Assembly: GCF_902713615.1 (NCBI RefSeq)
Contig: NC_052160.1
Coordinates: forward strand, 137,744,737 to 137,808,736
Source of the DNA: Scyliorhinus canicula
Lineage: Eukaryota
DNA: 64,000 nt
Direction of reading: 5' to 3'
Shown here one piece after another: positions 1 through 11,540 of this stretch. How positions within the stretch are numbered: position 1 is the stretch's first letter; every line of letters starts with the position of its first letter. The notes under the pieces are model-generated. The model worked only from the letters and a program-made list of their open reading frames with translations. It searched no databases and had not been told where the DNA came from. Position numbers and translations under genes: made by a program.

Positions 1-1477
1 TGTGGGCGCATGGGACTCCGAGGGTTCGAAGACTGTTCCTGGAACGAGGCAGGGATGGGGGGGGGGCTGGCATTGCCCAACCTCTGTGGGTACTATTGGG
101 CTGCCAACGCAGCGATGGTGCGTAAGTGGGTAATGGACGAGGAGGGGGCAGCATGGAAGAGGATGGAGGCGGCGTCTTCTGTGGGCACGAGCTTGGAGGC
201 GCTAGTAACGGCGCTGTTGCCGCTCCCTCCAACGAGGTATACCACGAGCCTGGTGGTGGCGGCTACCCTCAAAATTTGGGGGCAATGGAGGCGGCACAGG
301 GGAGAAATGGGGGGCTCGATGGAGGCCTCGATACGGGGAACCATCGGTTCGTCCCAGGGAGCATTGATGGCGGATTTCTGGGCTGGCACAGGGCAGGGGT
401 TAGGAGGTTGAGGGACCTGTTTGTGGAGGGAAGGTTCGCGAGTTTGGGGGAGTTAGAGGGGAAGTTTGGGCTCCCCCCGGGGAACATGTTTCAGTACATG
501 CAGGTTAGGGCGTTTGCCAGGCGGCAGATGGAGGGGTTCCCCTTGTTGCCCCCATGTCGGGTACGGGACAGGGTGCTCTCGGGGGTGTGGGTTGGAGGAG
601 GGAGGATTTCAGACATATACCGGGTAATGCAGGAGGTAGACGAGTCCTCGGTGGAGGAACTGAAGGGTAAATGGGAAGAGGAGCTGGGTGAGGAGATTGA
701 GGAGGGGACGTGGGCAGATGCCCTGTAGAGAGTGAATTCCTCCTCTTCCTGTGCGAGGCTTAGCCTCATACAGTTCAAGGTGCTGCATAGGGCCCACATG
801 ACTGGGACGAGGATGAGTAGGTTTTTCGGGGGCGAGGACAGGTTTGCTAGGTGCTCGGGGAGCCCAGCGAACCACGCCCATATGTTTTGGGCGTGCCCAG
901 CGTTGGGGGAGTTTTGGAAGGGGGTAGCAAGGACGGTGTCGAGGGTGGTGGGATCCAGGGTCGAGCCAGGCTGGGGACTCGCAATTTTTGGGGTTGCAGT
1001 GGAGCCGGGAGTGCAGGAGGCGATAGAGGCCGGTGTTCTGGCCTTTGCGTCCCAATAGCCTGGCGGAGGATCTTGCTCCAATGGAAGGATGCGAGGCCCC
1101 CAAGCGTGGAGGCCTGGATCTCTGATATGGCGGGATTCATTAAATTGGAGAGGGTGAAATTTGCCCTGAGGGGATCAGTTCAAGGGTTTTTCAGGCGGTG
1201 GCAGCCTTTTCTGGACTTCCTGGCGGAACGGTAGGGAGATAGGCCGACAGCAGCAGCAACCCGGGAGGGGGGGGGAGGGGGGTAAGGAGTGGGGGGAGGT
1301 AGAACTGTGCACATGGGCTGGTGGAGGGTGCTATCTCTTTTCCTTTCGTTGTCTGGGTGCTCTTTTGTTTTTTTTGTGTTTTTTTTTTGTTTTTGTTCTT
1401 TCCTTTTGTTTGAAGTTGCTCTTGAAGCTGGGGGGGTATTGTTCATGGGGTGTTACCGCGGTTGTTTGTTTCCTTAA
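1..1477 (+). mobile_element. L1-clade LINE, 3' part of ORF2 (frameshifted) plus truncated 3' UTR
   Basis: ORF pieces LALPNLCGYYWAAN, SSSSCARLSLIQFKVLHRAH and HMFWACP (zf-RVT region) and RRWQPFLDFL; homologous to 57650-58804 and 62320-63570. Confidence 0.9.
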
Positions 1478-2402
1478 ATGTTTAAACCTTTGTGTGTAAG
1501 CTCCAGGCATTAGTTCATATGTACCGAAGATGGATTTTTTCACCTCCTCATATGTCCCAGATACCTCCTCCAGTAATGATGCAAACACTCACTTGCTCTC
1601 CCTACCAGCTTTGTTTGAATCAATAATACCCACGTGTCCTGTGGCCATTTCATTTGTTTAGCTACCTTCTCAAATGAAATGAAAAAGGCTTATACCTCCT
1701 TCTCATCAAACCTTGGCAATGCTTGGGCCTATTTAAATAGATTCCCACCAAGCCTTCGACTGTGACGCTTTTTCTCACTATCGTCATCACTATCCTCCAA
1801 CTGTACGTTTTCCTTTACGTCTGCCAATTTTAATTGACTGTTATGTTTCATAGCCATTTTCTGAAGTTCAAACTCTCTCTCTTTTTCCTTTTCCTCTCTA
1901 TCTCTTTCTTTTTGTTCTGCTAGAGCTATTCTTTCTTTGTTTCTTTCTGCTCTCTCCTTTTCCTTTTCCCCGATCTGTATCTCCCTCTCTTTCTTTTTCT
2001 CTCATTGCATATTCAAGCTGCTTTAATTCTTTTTCATGTTCAAGTTGCTTAATCTGAAACTGGATCTTTGCCATTTCTAATGAGTCAGACTGTATCTTGG
2101 ACAACTTTAAATGCTTAGCCACCGCCATAATTACCTCGCCTTTTCGCATTTTGGCAAGTAATGTTAACTGCAATGTTTTTGCCAAATCTAACAGTCTGCT
2201 TTTAGTCTCTGTCCATAAGGTACTGTGTGTGACCATCTCCAGCCCCAAAAACTTCAGAGCCTCTGAAAGAGCCATTGTCCACAACACACTCCCCATTTGA
2301 ACTAAAATACCTGAAAAGCAACCACAATATGCTCACCCCTCACTGTCTTTAAGTTCACTAAGCCAATCCAATAGATAGACTTTTATACCAGACGAGCCCC
2401 CA
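1478..2402 (-). mobile_element. Gypsy (Gmr1-like) 5' internal region with decayed gag, cut by the L1
   Basis: Minus-strand ORFs MALSEALKFLG...LEHEKELKQLE and YEEVKKSIFGTYELMPGAYTQRF (resembles the start of a SCAN-like gag region); lies next to a PBS and an LTR. Confidence 0.75.
2385..2402 (-). promoter_or_regulatory. Primer-binding site, tRNA-Pro type
   Basis: Minus strand reads TGGGGGCTCGTCTGGTAT, 16/18 match to the canonical tRNA-Pro PBS TGGGGGCTCGTCCGGGAT, 3 bp from the LTR end. Confidence 0.85.
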
Positions 2403-2405
2403 ATT

Positions 2406-3392
2406 TGTTATGGGCCAGGGTTTAGAGAATCCCAAAGAATATCACGGAGTTCACCTGACCCACAACTTTTAATAGATTGTGGTATGGGGAGCACACGGCC
2501 CACTCTACAGGTGTGGTACAGCAGAAATGGAAAAGTAATTTTTTAAAAGCAAAACAACATTTATTCTATGAACTCAAGTTAACCTTTTTGAAACATAGAT
2601 GTCATAGAATTTACAGTGCAGAAGGAGGCCATTCGGTCCATCGAGTCTGCACCAGCTCTTGGAGAGAGCACCCTACCCAAGATCAACACCTCCACCCTAT
2701 CCCCATAACCCAGTAACCCCACCCAACACTAAGGGCAATTTTGGACACTAAGGGCAATTTATCATGGCCAATCCACCTAAACTGCACATCTTTGGACTGT
2801 GGGAGGAAACCGGAGCACCCGGAGGAAACCCACGCACACACGAGGAGGATGTGCAGACTCCGCACAGACAGTGACCCAAGCCGGAATCGAACCTGGAACC
2901 CTGGAGCTGTGAAGCATTTGTGCTAACCACAAAGCTATCGTGCTGCCATACACTGAACATCTTAGCAACCATCAATTCAAATACAACCCCCAAAGACTAC
3001 AACACTAAGTAATCCTTAATAACTTCCCAAACAACATCCAGAAGACCCAATAAACACCTTTTAACAGAAGCACATTAGGTTTACATTCACTACTGAGAAC
3101 ATTTATAATTCTGAATTCACCAAATGATCAAGAGATAGTCTTTTCATGGCAGAAGAACAGCAGTACATCTGCTTGGTCTGGCTTCAGCTCCAACACTGAA
3201 ATCGAAACTAAAACACACCCAGCAGCAAACAGCCTAAAACAAAAGTAAAAAGCTGACAGACAGCCCAGCTCCACCCACTCTCTGACATCACTGCAGTAGT
3301 AACACTCATTTCTTAAAGGTACTCTCACTACAGATATTTATATACATACCCATTTATAAACACCCATTTCTTAAAGGTATTCTCACGTGACA
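2406..3392 (-). mobile_element. 5' LTR of the Gmr1-like element (contains a SINE)
   Basis: TGTTA...TGACA termini; closely matches 50068-50702; followed by CCAG (target-site copy). Confidence 0.9.
2598..2946 (-). mobile_element. tRNA-derived V-SINE (HE1-like) inserted in the LTR
   Basis: V-domain core GGGTTTCCTCCGGGTGCTCCGGTTTCCTCCCACA on the minus strand; absent from the LTR at 50068; flanked by CATA. Confidence 0.85.
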
Positions 3393-3589
3393 CCAGCTCT
3401 ACTGCAGCTTTCCAGCAACATGGAACAGCACTGGCTGCAGGAAGGTGGTATGTGTTTGAAGTGGGGAAGTCAGGGGTGGCAGGGGCCTGGGCTCAAGGTT
3501 TGGTGGCATTTCGAGCGGCCCTTGACTCGGCCCGAGAAACCTACATTTCCACAATAGCTGCCAGAAGGTGATTTGAGGGCCGGGGGGAG

Positions 3590-6500
3590 GATTTTTTAAA
3601 AAATGTTTTTTTTGTTTTTTTGTTATGTAGAGCATAATATAAAAACACACAAAATGATAAGGGAGGCACCTGCGTGGTGACCCGAATGTTATTTACATTC
3701 CGGTGTTTTTTTGTTATTTACATGGGTTTAGATCCTTTCTTATTTTCATTCTTTTGTTTTCTTTCCTCCTTGCCATGTTTGCTGTGGCCGTTGTGGTCCC
3801 CTGTGTCACTGTTCCTGCCTGTGTTCCCCTCTATTTTCTCCCTCCTGGTTCCGCCCCATTATTGATGATGACGGAGGCAAAGGCAAGGGTGGTGGCCTTC
3901 CTCCGCATGAAGAGATCTGGCTGATCTGATACCCCGACGACTGCCACTTTCGGGCATGGCTCCACCTTCTTCTCCCTGGGTGGGTGAATCACCATGAGTC
4001 CACCACCCCCATCTGCTCCATAAAGAGACCGAGTTCCTTTGACATGCTGGAGGTCCTTCCCATTTTGGGGTTCAACCTCTCCGTCCGTGGGTCCTGTACA
4101 CAGTTAAAGTCCCCCTTCCCATGATCAGCTGGTGCGTATCTATGTCGGGGATTTCTTCCATGGTCTTTGTTATAAATTCCGTGTCGTCCCAGAGGCCGTT
4201 CAAGATGGCCACGGTCACTGTTTTCCCCATCTGATCATGTCCCTGGGCTCTGGGGTTTCCCTTTGTCCAGGGGGCACCCAACATGGCTGCCAACGATGCG
4301 TCCGCCATGTGGATATGTCCCTACACACTGGGTTTTCCCATCGCCCAGGGGCGTTCTAGGTGGTTGCTTGCAGTGCCATTTTATTCCGGACCCCACTTGT
4401 GGCCTGATGTAGCCATACTGCCTTTATCATTCTGCCCATATCTATTTCTAAGTCCCCGTTCCCCCCTACCATCCCCTTTCCCCACCCTTCCCGTAGCCCG
4501 CTCCCGTCTATCCCCCTTACCCCTGCTTCTCTCCCCCTTCCCCTGCTTCTCTCCCCCTTACCCCCTGTCACCGTTTTTTGTGCCTCTCCCCCCCCCCCCC
4601 CCCCCACTTGCGGGCGCTGTTCCCCTTGCTAGGGGTGCGCCGTTGCCTCTGTCTGCTCCATCAGTCATGGTGCTAATTATGCCGCTAGTGTGATGACTCC
4701 CCTCCCGGAGTTACTGTCCTTCTGTTCCTCGCCCACTCTCTGGAATTCCTACCTGCCCTATCCCCGGATTATCCTGTATTTTTCCTGGGTGCCACTCTGC
4801 CTTCCCTCTGTCGCTACCCTCATTGTCCCGAACGAGGCCACGTTCTCACACGTAAAGCGGTCTCTTTGGTGGGGGTTTGCTGTTGGTCGTACAGGTTGTG
4901 GTGGGGGGGGAGAGGGAGGCACAGGTTCTTCTCTCCTCCTCCCCTCCTCCCCATTGTAGCCATCTCAGATGGCCACCTGCAAAGGACCATGGGAATTATG
5001 GCCAACCCAGGACTCAGACACACTCAGAGCTTGTGTGTGTATTTGCAACTCAGATAGTTAGACACGATCGAAACCTCCGCTCGTTTGCATTCTAATGGCC
5101 CATTTCCCCAGAACAAAAGGACTGTACTCAGGTAACCGATACAGATGCAGACTAACCGACACCACTCCCTTTGCTAAGAAAGCCCAAACAGCAAAGGTCA
5201 ATGAATGCTCAGGACACACCCGGCCTTCAAGGCACCCACCCCTTTATTGGCCAAAGTCGAAGGGAGTGATCGAAGCCTGTCGAATTATTGGGTCCAAAGC
5301 TAAGGACAGCCTCAAAGAGGGCGAAATCCCAGAGGGATAAAAAGAGACACAGTCATGTGTTCAGTCTCTCTTGGCCCTGGCGCTCGGTCTCTCTTGGCCC
5401 CGACCTACGCCTAAAGCCAAGTGCAGCATTACGACCAGAAGACAAGTTCAAGACCAACGATCGCTACCAGACGGATGAGCCCAGCAGAAACGAAGCCACT
5501 TCTTCTACCCAGCCACGCAAGTTCCAAACAAAGGCCTTGTTCATCTGCAAAGAGCCGGTTGCACTGAAGTTAAGTACAGGTTATTGTAGCTGTTAGGTGT
5601 AGTTTAACTTGTAGTGTTTTGTGTTGCATGTTGAAGTAATTCTTGTGTGTAAATAAACTATCCTTGAACTTGAACTAACTAACTGGTTGTTTGTCTTTGA
5701 TCGATATCCGGTAAAGCCTTGTGGTGGTACCATTTGATACCTGCCGACTCTGAAAAGCAATATTATCATTAATAACTGTCAAATCTAATTAATTTGGCAA
5801 CATTATTGGCATCTCTGGTACCGATTGGCAACACCATGTCAGCCCATTGCAGCGTTATAATTTCTTCCCATGGCTCCTCATCGCTTTCCTTGTTGCCACT
5901 TCTCCAGCCCACATTCCGCGGCAAATTTATCAGCCTCCGCCGGGGCTGTAAAGAAATGTTCTTTTCCCTGGTACGTGACCCAGAGTTTGGCTGGGTACAG
6001 CATACCAAACCGTACGCCGCTCTTGTACAGCGCGTCCTTTGACTTGTTGAACACGGCCTGGTTCTTGGCCAGGTCAGCCCAAAGTCTCGGTATATCCGGA
6101 TCTTATGTCCTTCCCAGCGACAGTTCTTGGACTGCCTGGCGCAGCGCAGGATTCTCTCCCGGTCCTGGTATCGATTCAGTTTCGCTATCACCTGCCTTGA
6201 TTGGTCCCCGGCTTTGGGCTTTAGTCGCAGCGACCGGTCTGCTCTGTCTATTTCTGGTTGGTTGGTGAAGGTCTCCCTGCCCACCAGGTTGCCCAGCATT
6301 TGGGCCACGTAGTCTGTGGGGTCCCTATCTTCAATTCCCTCCAGTAGGCCCACGATCTGGACGCTTTGTCGCCTTGACCGGTTTTCTTGATCCTTGACCT
6401 TTCCTTTCAGGCCGTCTTGCGCCGCGATCAGCCTCGCCACCTCTTTTTCCAGGGCGACGATCCGGTCGCTCTGGACCATTGAGGCCCTTTACAGGTCTGT

Positions 6501-6600
6501 GATCGTCGCCTTCTGGGCCTCCAATCTCTTTTCCACTTTGCCCAAGGAAACTTGGGTTTCGCCGCTTTGTGCACCGATCGGCTCGTCCGTTTACTTCTGC
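3590..6600 (-). mobile_element. Decayed L1-clade element (ORF1 plus endonuclease remnant) interrupted by an LTR
   Basis: ORF 5769-6479 (ENRSRRQSVQIVGLLEGIE...IRIYRDF) is an L1 ORF1p; MEEIPDIDTHQLIMG near 4100-4200 resembles the APE endonuclease. Confidence 0.7.
4955..5802. mobile_element. Probable solo LTR
   Basis: TGTAGCC start, probable ...GGCAACA end, AATAAA at about 5651; interrupts the L1; no clean TSD seen. Confidence 0.5.
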
Positions 6601-6620
6601 TCTAGGCTCTTTCCACTCCT

Positions 6621-7277
6621 GGAGCGCGATTCTTTGCTCCCCACGCCGGGTGGGAGAATCGCAGGAGGGCCGGTCGAATCACGAAACGCCGCCCTGGCAC
6701 CCCCTGCGATTCACCCCCCCCCCCCCCCCCCCCCCCCTCGGAGAATCGCCGCTCTGGCCCGGATGGCCAGGATGGGGCGAGCGGCCTGACGTTCCCAACC
6801 TGTTCACGCCGGCGGCAACCATACCTGGTCGCTGCCGTCGTGAAAATGGCGCCAAAGATTCGTTTGTGGCTGGTGGGGGGCGGAGAGGGGAGTGAGCACC
6901 ACGGCTGTGCTCGGGAGGGGACTGGCCCGCGATCGGTGCTCACCAAGGGACGCACTCTTTCCCCTCTGCGCCACGCAAAATCAAGCCGCCATGTCTTGCG
7001 GGGCAGCGGAGGGGAAGACGGCAACTGCGCATGTGCGGGTTGGAGCCGGCCAACCTGCGCATGCGCGGCTGACGTAACTTAGGCGCCGCCTTCGCGTCAT
7101 TCTCGGCGTGCCGCTTTGACGCAAGCGGCAAGGCCCGGCGGCCGAGTTTCTCACAACGCCGCTCCTAGCCCCCAGGGGAGAATAGGGGGCGAGGAGCGGC
7201 CTCCGACACTGTCATGAAACTCGGCCGGGTTCACATCGGCCTTCCCGATGCCGCGCAGGAGCGGAGAATCGCACCCA
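6621..7277. mobile_element. GC-rich MITE
   Basis: Termini GCGCGATTCT...AGAATCGCAC; same family as the elements at 39885, 43098, 44014 and 46305. Confidence 0.65.
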
Positions 7278-7718
7278 ATGGTTCTGACTATGAAAACTGA
7301 AACTCCATTTGACCTACAAGTAACAAACTCACATTGTTTGTATATTTTTAGTGTTTAAGCGATGCTCAGTTTGTGTCCAACAGGCCTGGAGTTGGGTTCA
7401 CTTCATCCACTTTGAAAATTCACCCGAACGTTCTGAGCAATTTCACTGCAGCTACAGAAATAGAAATGGTTCACTAAACGTAGACCCACACACCTCTGAA
7501 ATATTAAATTAAAGGTTTAGAATGAGCAAGAATTGAACGCAGGAGCCTTCAATGATTGCAGTGCATTTTACACTATAATCCAGTCCGTACATTAAAAACA
7601 GAAAATACTTTTGACATTTTTAACATTTGGTTGGTTCATTATGTTTTGAGCAATGAAAAGATGCTCAGTTTTTCAGCATTTTGAACTTTTGTTGATTGTG
7701 TTTCTCATTTATCAACAG

Positions 7719-8045
7719 GTACATGGGAGCCAATTGTATCAGAGATCAGTGGTGTTGTGGGAAATGTCGCCACTGTACCATGTCTGTACACGGAGGAGGA
7801 GAAATACTATCAGAAACTCTTGTGTAAAGTCACCTCTAGAAATAAATGCACCATTATTGCCAGCTCTAATGGGGCTGTAACCAATCTGCAAAATGGGAGT
7901 GTTTCAATCACTATTAATAATTCTCATAATTTTACTGTTACCCTGGGCAACATTAATAAAGCCGATGAAGGAGAGTACTGGTGTGGAGCAACAAGAATAA
8001 CAAACATAAAGATCGTCCAGGTAAAAAATCTGACAACTGTTGAAG
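7719..8045 (+). CDS. Gene A exon: Ig V-set domain D2 (CD300/pIgR/MDIR-like)
   Basis: caacag|GT acceptor, GAAG|gtaagg donor, 327 bp phase 1-1; TVPC...LLCK...KC...DEGEYWCG with the extra C-C' cysteine pair. Confidence 0.92.
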
Positions 8046-8879
8046 GTAAGGTTCAATATAAAATTATTATCATTCAATCAGTGTTGAATAAAACTCCCAA
8101 AACAATAACAATTGGTCAATGCTTAGTTCTTTATTTACACATTGCGGCCACCCTACTTCATCTCAACCTTTCAGCCCATCCTTCTCTTACTTTCCCCCTC
8201 GCTAAGTTTAGCTCAATTTCCCCCGAAGAGCATCTATGAAATTTGTCACAATTACACCTTGTGGTACAGGTAGAACGTCTCAGATCCGCTGACCAAAAAA
8301 ACAAGTGTCCATCCACAAACCAGACATTTTTAGGATGCTCAAGGCACCAATTTTAACTGAGTGAAATTTTTTAAAACGCACTGGACAATTCGGCTAGGTG
8401 CCACGTTGGCACGATGTGGCTCCAGACTAGATACTGGCTTCACCATCCACTCTATCCGCCGCTGCATATGATCCTTACACCAGCTGACCCGGCCTCACAT
8501 GAACCACCCGTGGCCTGGACTGCCCACCCTTCACCCCAGCAAGATCTGAAAGCCATGACTGGATTGGAGGTACTGTCCCTAGTTCCACATTTAACAAGTT
8601 CCAGCTTCCATCAGCTCTCTGGGTAAAGTCTTCAAAAATTTCACGAATACTACAAGAAAATATAAATGTTAAAAATAAATTGAGAGTTTGTGCAATACCT
8701 CACAGATTATTGTCCTCCCAACACTATAAACTCTTTGTGAAGGCCCCTCAGAATCTACCTTTTCCTCAGCTTTAAACACCCAGGTTCACTTTCCATAAGT
8801 ATAGTACGTTGAAGATAATAATTGTGGTGGTTGGCAGTTATTCATCAAATTATTCATACATGTTTATTTCTGACAATAG

Positions 8880-8910
8880 GAAGACCAAATGGTTCCAACG
8901 ATACCTCAAG
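8880..8910 (+). CDS. Gene A stalk exon (GRPNGSNDTS)
   Basis: caatag|G...CAAG|gtaaga, 31 bp phase 1-2; identical exon at 26473. Confidence 0.8.
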
Positions 8911-9830
8911 GTAAGATTTTAATTTGCAACTTCTAAATATCAATCTTGTGCCATCCTCATTGAAGCCACGGTTGTTAGATAATCCTGCTTTCCACACAGG
9001 TCATGATGAGCAATGCGATGTTATTAAATTACTATAATCCACGCAACCACCATATTGATGCCATATATTTCCTCATAATTCTGCCATTGATTGTCTTACC
9101 ATTTAATACACACATATCGAAGCCAGGGGGCGACGTTTTTCAGACCTTGGCAGTAATCATTCGGTGCGATAATATGAGAGAGTTACATTAACACTTTCTG
9201 CTGATACCTTCCCTTACGGAACATCCGACACCCCAGCCCAGCGTTTATTCATTCACGGGATGTTGATGCTGCTGAAAAACCCTCATTCATTGCCCATCCC
9301 TAATTGCCCTTGATAAAATGTTGGTAAGCCACCACCTTGAACCCCTGCTGTCCATGTGATGCCAATACACCTGTGTTGTACGGTGGAGAGGGTTTTGACA
9401 CAGAAAAGGTGATGGAATCATGATCCACTTACAGGTCAAGTTAGTGTGGTAGTTAAGAAGGTGAATTTGAGGTGGTGCTGCTTTACCTGTTGGCCTTGTC
9501 TTTCCAACTGGTGATGGTCACAGGTTTGGAAGGTGTTGCTGAAGAAGCCTTAGAACACTGCTGTAATGCATCCTCAACAGAGAGATGCAGTCTCACCAGA
9601 ACACAGCTCGTCCCTGCGCAATTCCTGTTAGAGATATTTTCCCTGTGTGTACAAAGCCCAAAACTCCTAGGTGTGATTACACTTTGAAAATCACCCCATA
9701 GCTCGTACAAACTGTCAATGTGTTCAATATCATTTTCCAGAATTGTTGGGATGTTACTGATGGTCATTTTGCATAAACTGTGGGTTAATTTATTTTGTAC
9801 TGTATTAATTATAATTCCTTGTTTAATCAG

Positions 9831-9937
9831 AGAGGTTCTGCTGAAGATATGGACTATATTCCGTTGGCTGCTCTTTGCGGCTCTGGCTGTTTGCTCCGCT
9901 TCAGTCACATTCTATGAACATTTTGCAAAAGGGCCAG
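9831..9937 (+). CDS. Gene A transmembrane exon
   Basis: taatcag|A...CCAG|gtataa, 107 bp phase 2-1; REVLLKIWTIFRWLLFAALAVCSASVTFYEHFAKGP. Confidence 0.88.
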
Positions 9938-10604
9938 GTATAAAATATGAAATCTTTTTGCTCTAATATTTACAGATATTTAACTTCAGCCTAAAAACTC
10001 AGGCACTTTGAAAGTTGCCAAGAAAAACAACACATAATCCACAAGAAAATAAGTTCTCTTTGTGAAAATGTAACGAGGGAGCCATTCGAGTGTGATAACA
10101 ATGACCTTTGGGCTGAATTTTATGCTCGTCGACGGAAAGGATAAAAATGTCAGTTCGTCAGGAGATTTTCATTTTTACGCGGGAGTGCAAGATGGGAAAA
10201 GTTGTGTAGACACTCAATGCAAAGCACTGTTTAATTAAATTTTTATTCAAAATGCATACCTGTGTCCAATAGTGGCCTTGAACATGGGTAAGGGAGCATC
10301 AACAGTGCCCCTGGAGCAGGCACAGTATGGTGCATTGTATAACCTGGAGCCCATGATGTGCCCCAGAGCTGTGGGCACCAGATGCAAAATAGAGAGCTTC
10401 CCCGAACCCAGGAAATTGGAGCAATATCGCAGTGCGAGGTTATTGCAAACAAACCTCAGCACTTACATCAGGATGTCTCCATCCACACTCTCACCTATTT
10501 TTTCGCCATGTATCGCTTGAAGTATTTCACTTACAGAAAGAAGGTCAATTCCTCTGTTTTCTTCATTACGATTGATTAAATTTATTTGTTATTCAGTTCT
10601 GCAG

Positions 10605-10738
10605 GCCAGCAAATGATGGGTTCTGTGGAAACATCAGCCAGAGAACATCAATGGGGTCAGAGCTGCATTCGAAGACCGGCCAGAAGGTTGACTAATACCT
10701 ACACGAATGTCCAGAATATTTTCACCTTGCTTTTATAA
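10605..10738 (+). CDS. Gene A cytoplasmic tail exon
   Basis: ttctgcag|GC phase 1; GQQMMGSVETSAREHQWGQSCIRRPARRLTNTYTNVQNIFTLLL*; AATAAA about 90 bp downstream. Confidence 0.72.
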
Positions 10739-10830
10739 GTTACTTTACCGTTTTGCAGTATTTTTATTCTTTATGACAATCTGAAAATCTTTGTAAAGTC
10801 TTGAGAAACTATGTGAACTGCTTTCATTAT

Positions 10831-10836
10831 AATAAA
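10831..10836 (+). terminator. Polyadenylation signal, gene A
   Basis: AATAAA conserved at the homologous position 28637-28642. Confidence 0.6.
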
Positions 10837-11540
10837 AACAACTGGATGATAACATTTCTTGATGTTTTTGATATTAAGGGGCAGTGGATGCCGGAACACG
10901 ATCCAAATTTGAGGAGGAGATAGATAGGTTTTTAATTAGTGGTGGAATGAAGGGTTATGGCAATGGGCAGGATGGTGGAGATGGGGCCTGGACGAGATCA
11001 GCCCAGGTTGTTAGGGGAGGCGATGGCGCAGTGGTATTGTCACAAGACTAGTAATCCAGAGACCCAGAGGTCTGGGATCCTGGGTTCCCACCACGGCAAA
11101 TGGTGAAATTTGAATTAATCTGGAATGAAAAGTATAATGATGACCATGAAGCCAGTGCCGATTGTCATAAAAAACCCATCTGGTTCACTAAGGTCCGTCG
11201 GGGAAGGGAATCAGCCGTCCTTACCTGGTCTGGCCTACATGTGACTCCGGACCCACACAACAATGCTTCGCCCCTCAGTTCAAGGGCAATTAGGGATGGG
11301 TAACAAATGCTGGCCCAGCCCAGCGATGCCCACATCCAAAGAGCGAATAAGAAAAAGTATTGAATGGTGGAGGGGTTGAATTGCCGACCCTTGCTCTTGG
11401 TTCCTATAGTCTTATGTTTGTGTCCTAATAAGTCAAATGTGACTTGCACAGGGGAAAAAATAGAATTTGGACTTATTTTTTAACATTGCTTTCCTTGTAA
11501 AGCAAGAGAAATGGGAGCTTACATTTGGTGCACTTATTCT

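Noticed and set aside
7653-7880. Hydrophobic ORF (LLIVFLIYQQVHG) as a signal peptide for D2
   Set aside because: It is the polypyrimidine tract read in another frame and is out of frame with the V domain; the real leader is a separate exon.
9483-9908. Minus-strand 141-aa ORF repeated at 27080-27505
   Set aside because: It is antisense to the TM exon and an old LINE fragment; its recurrence reflects the segmental duplication.
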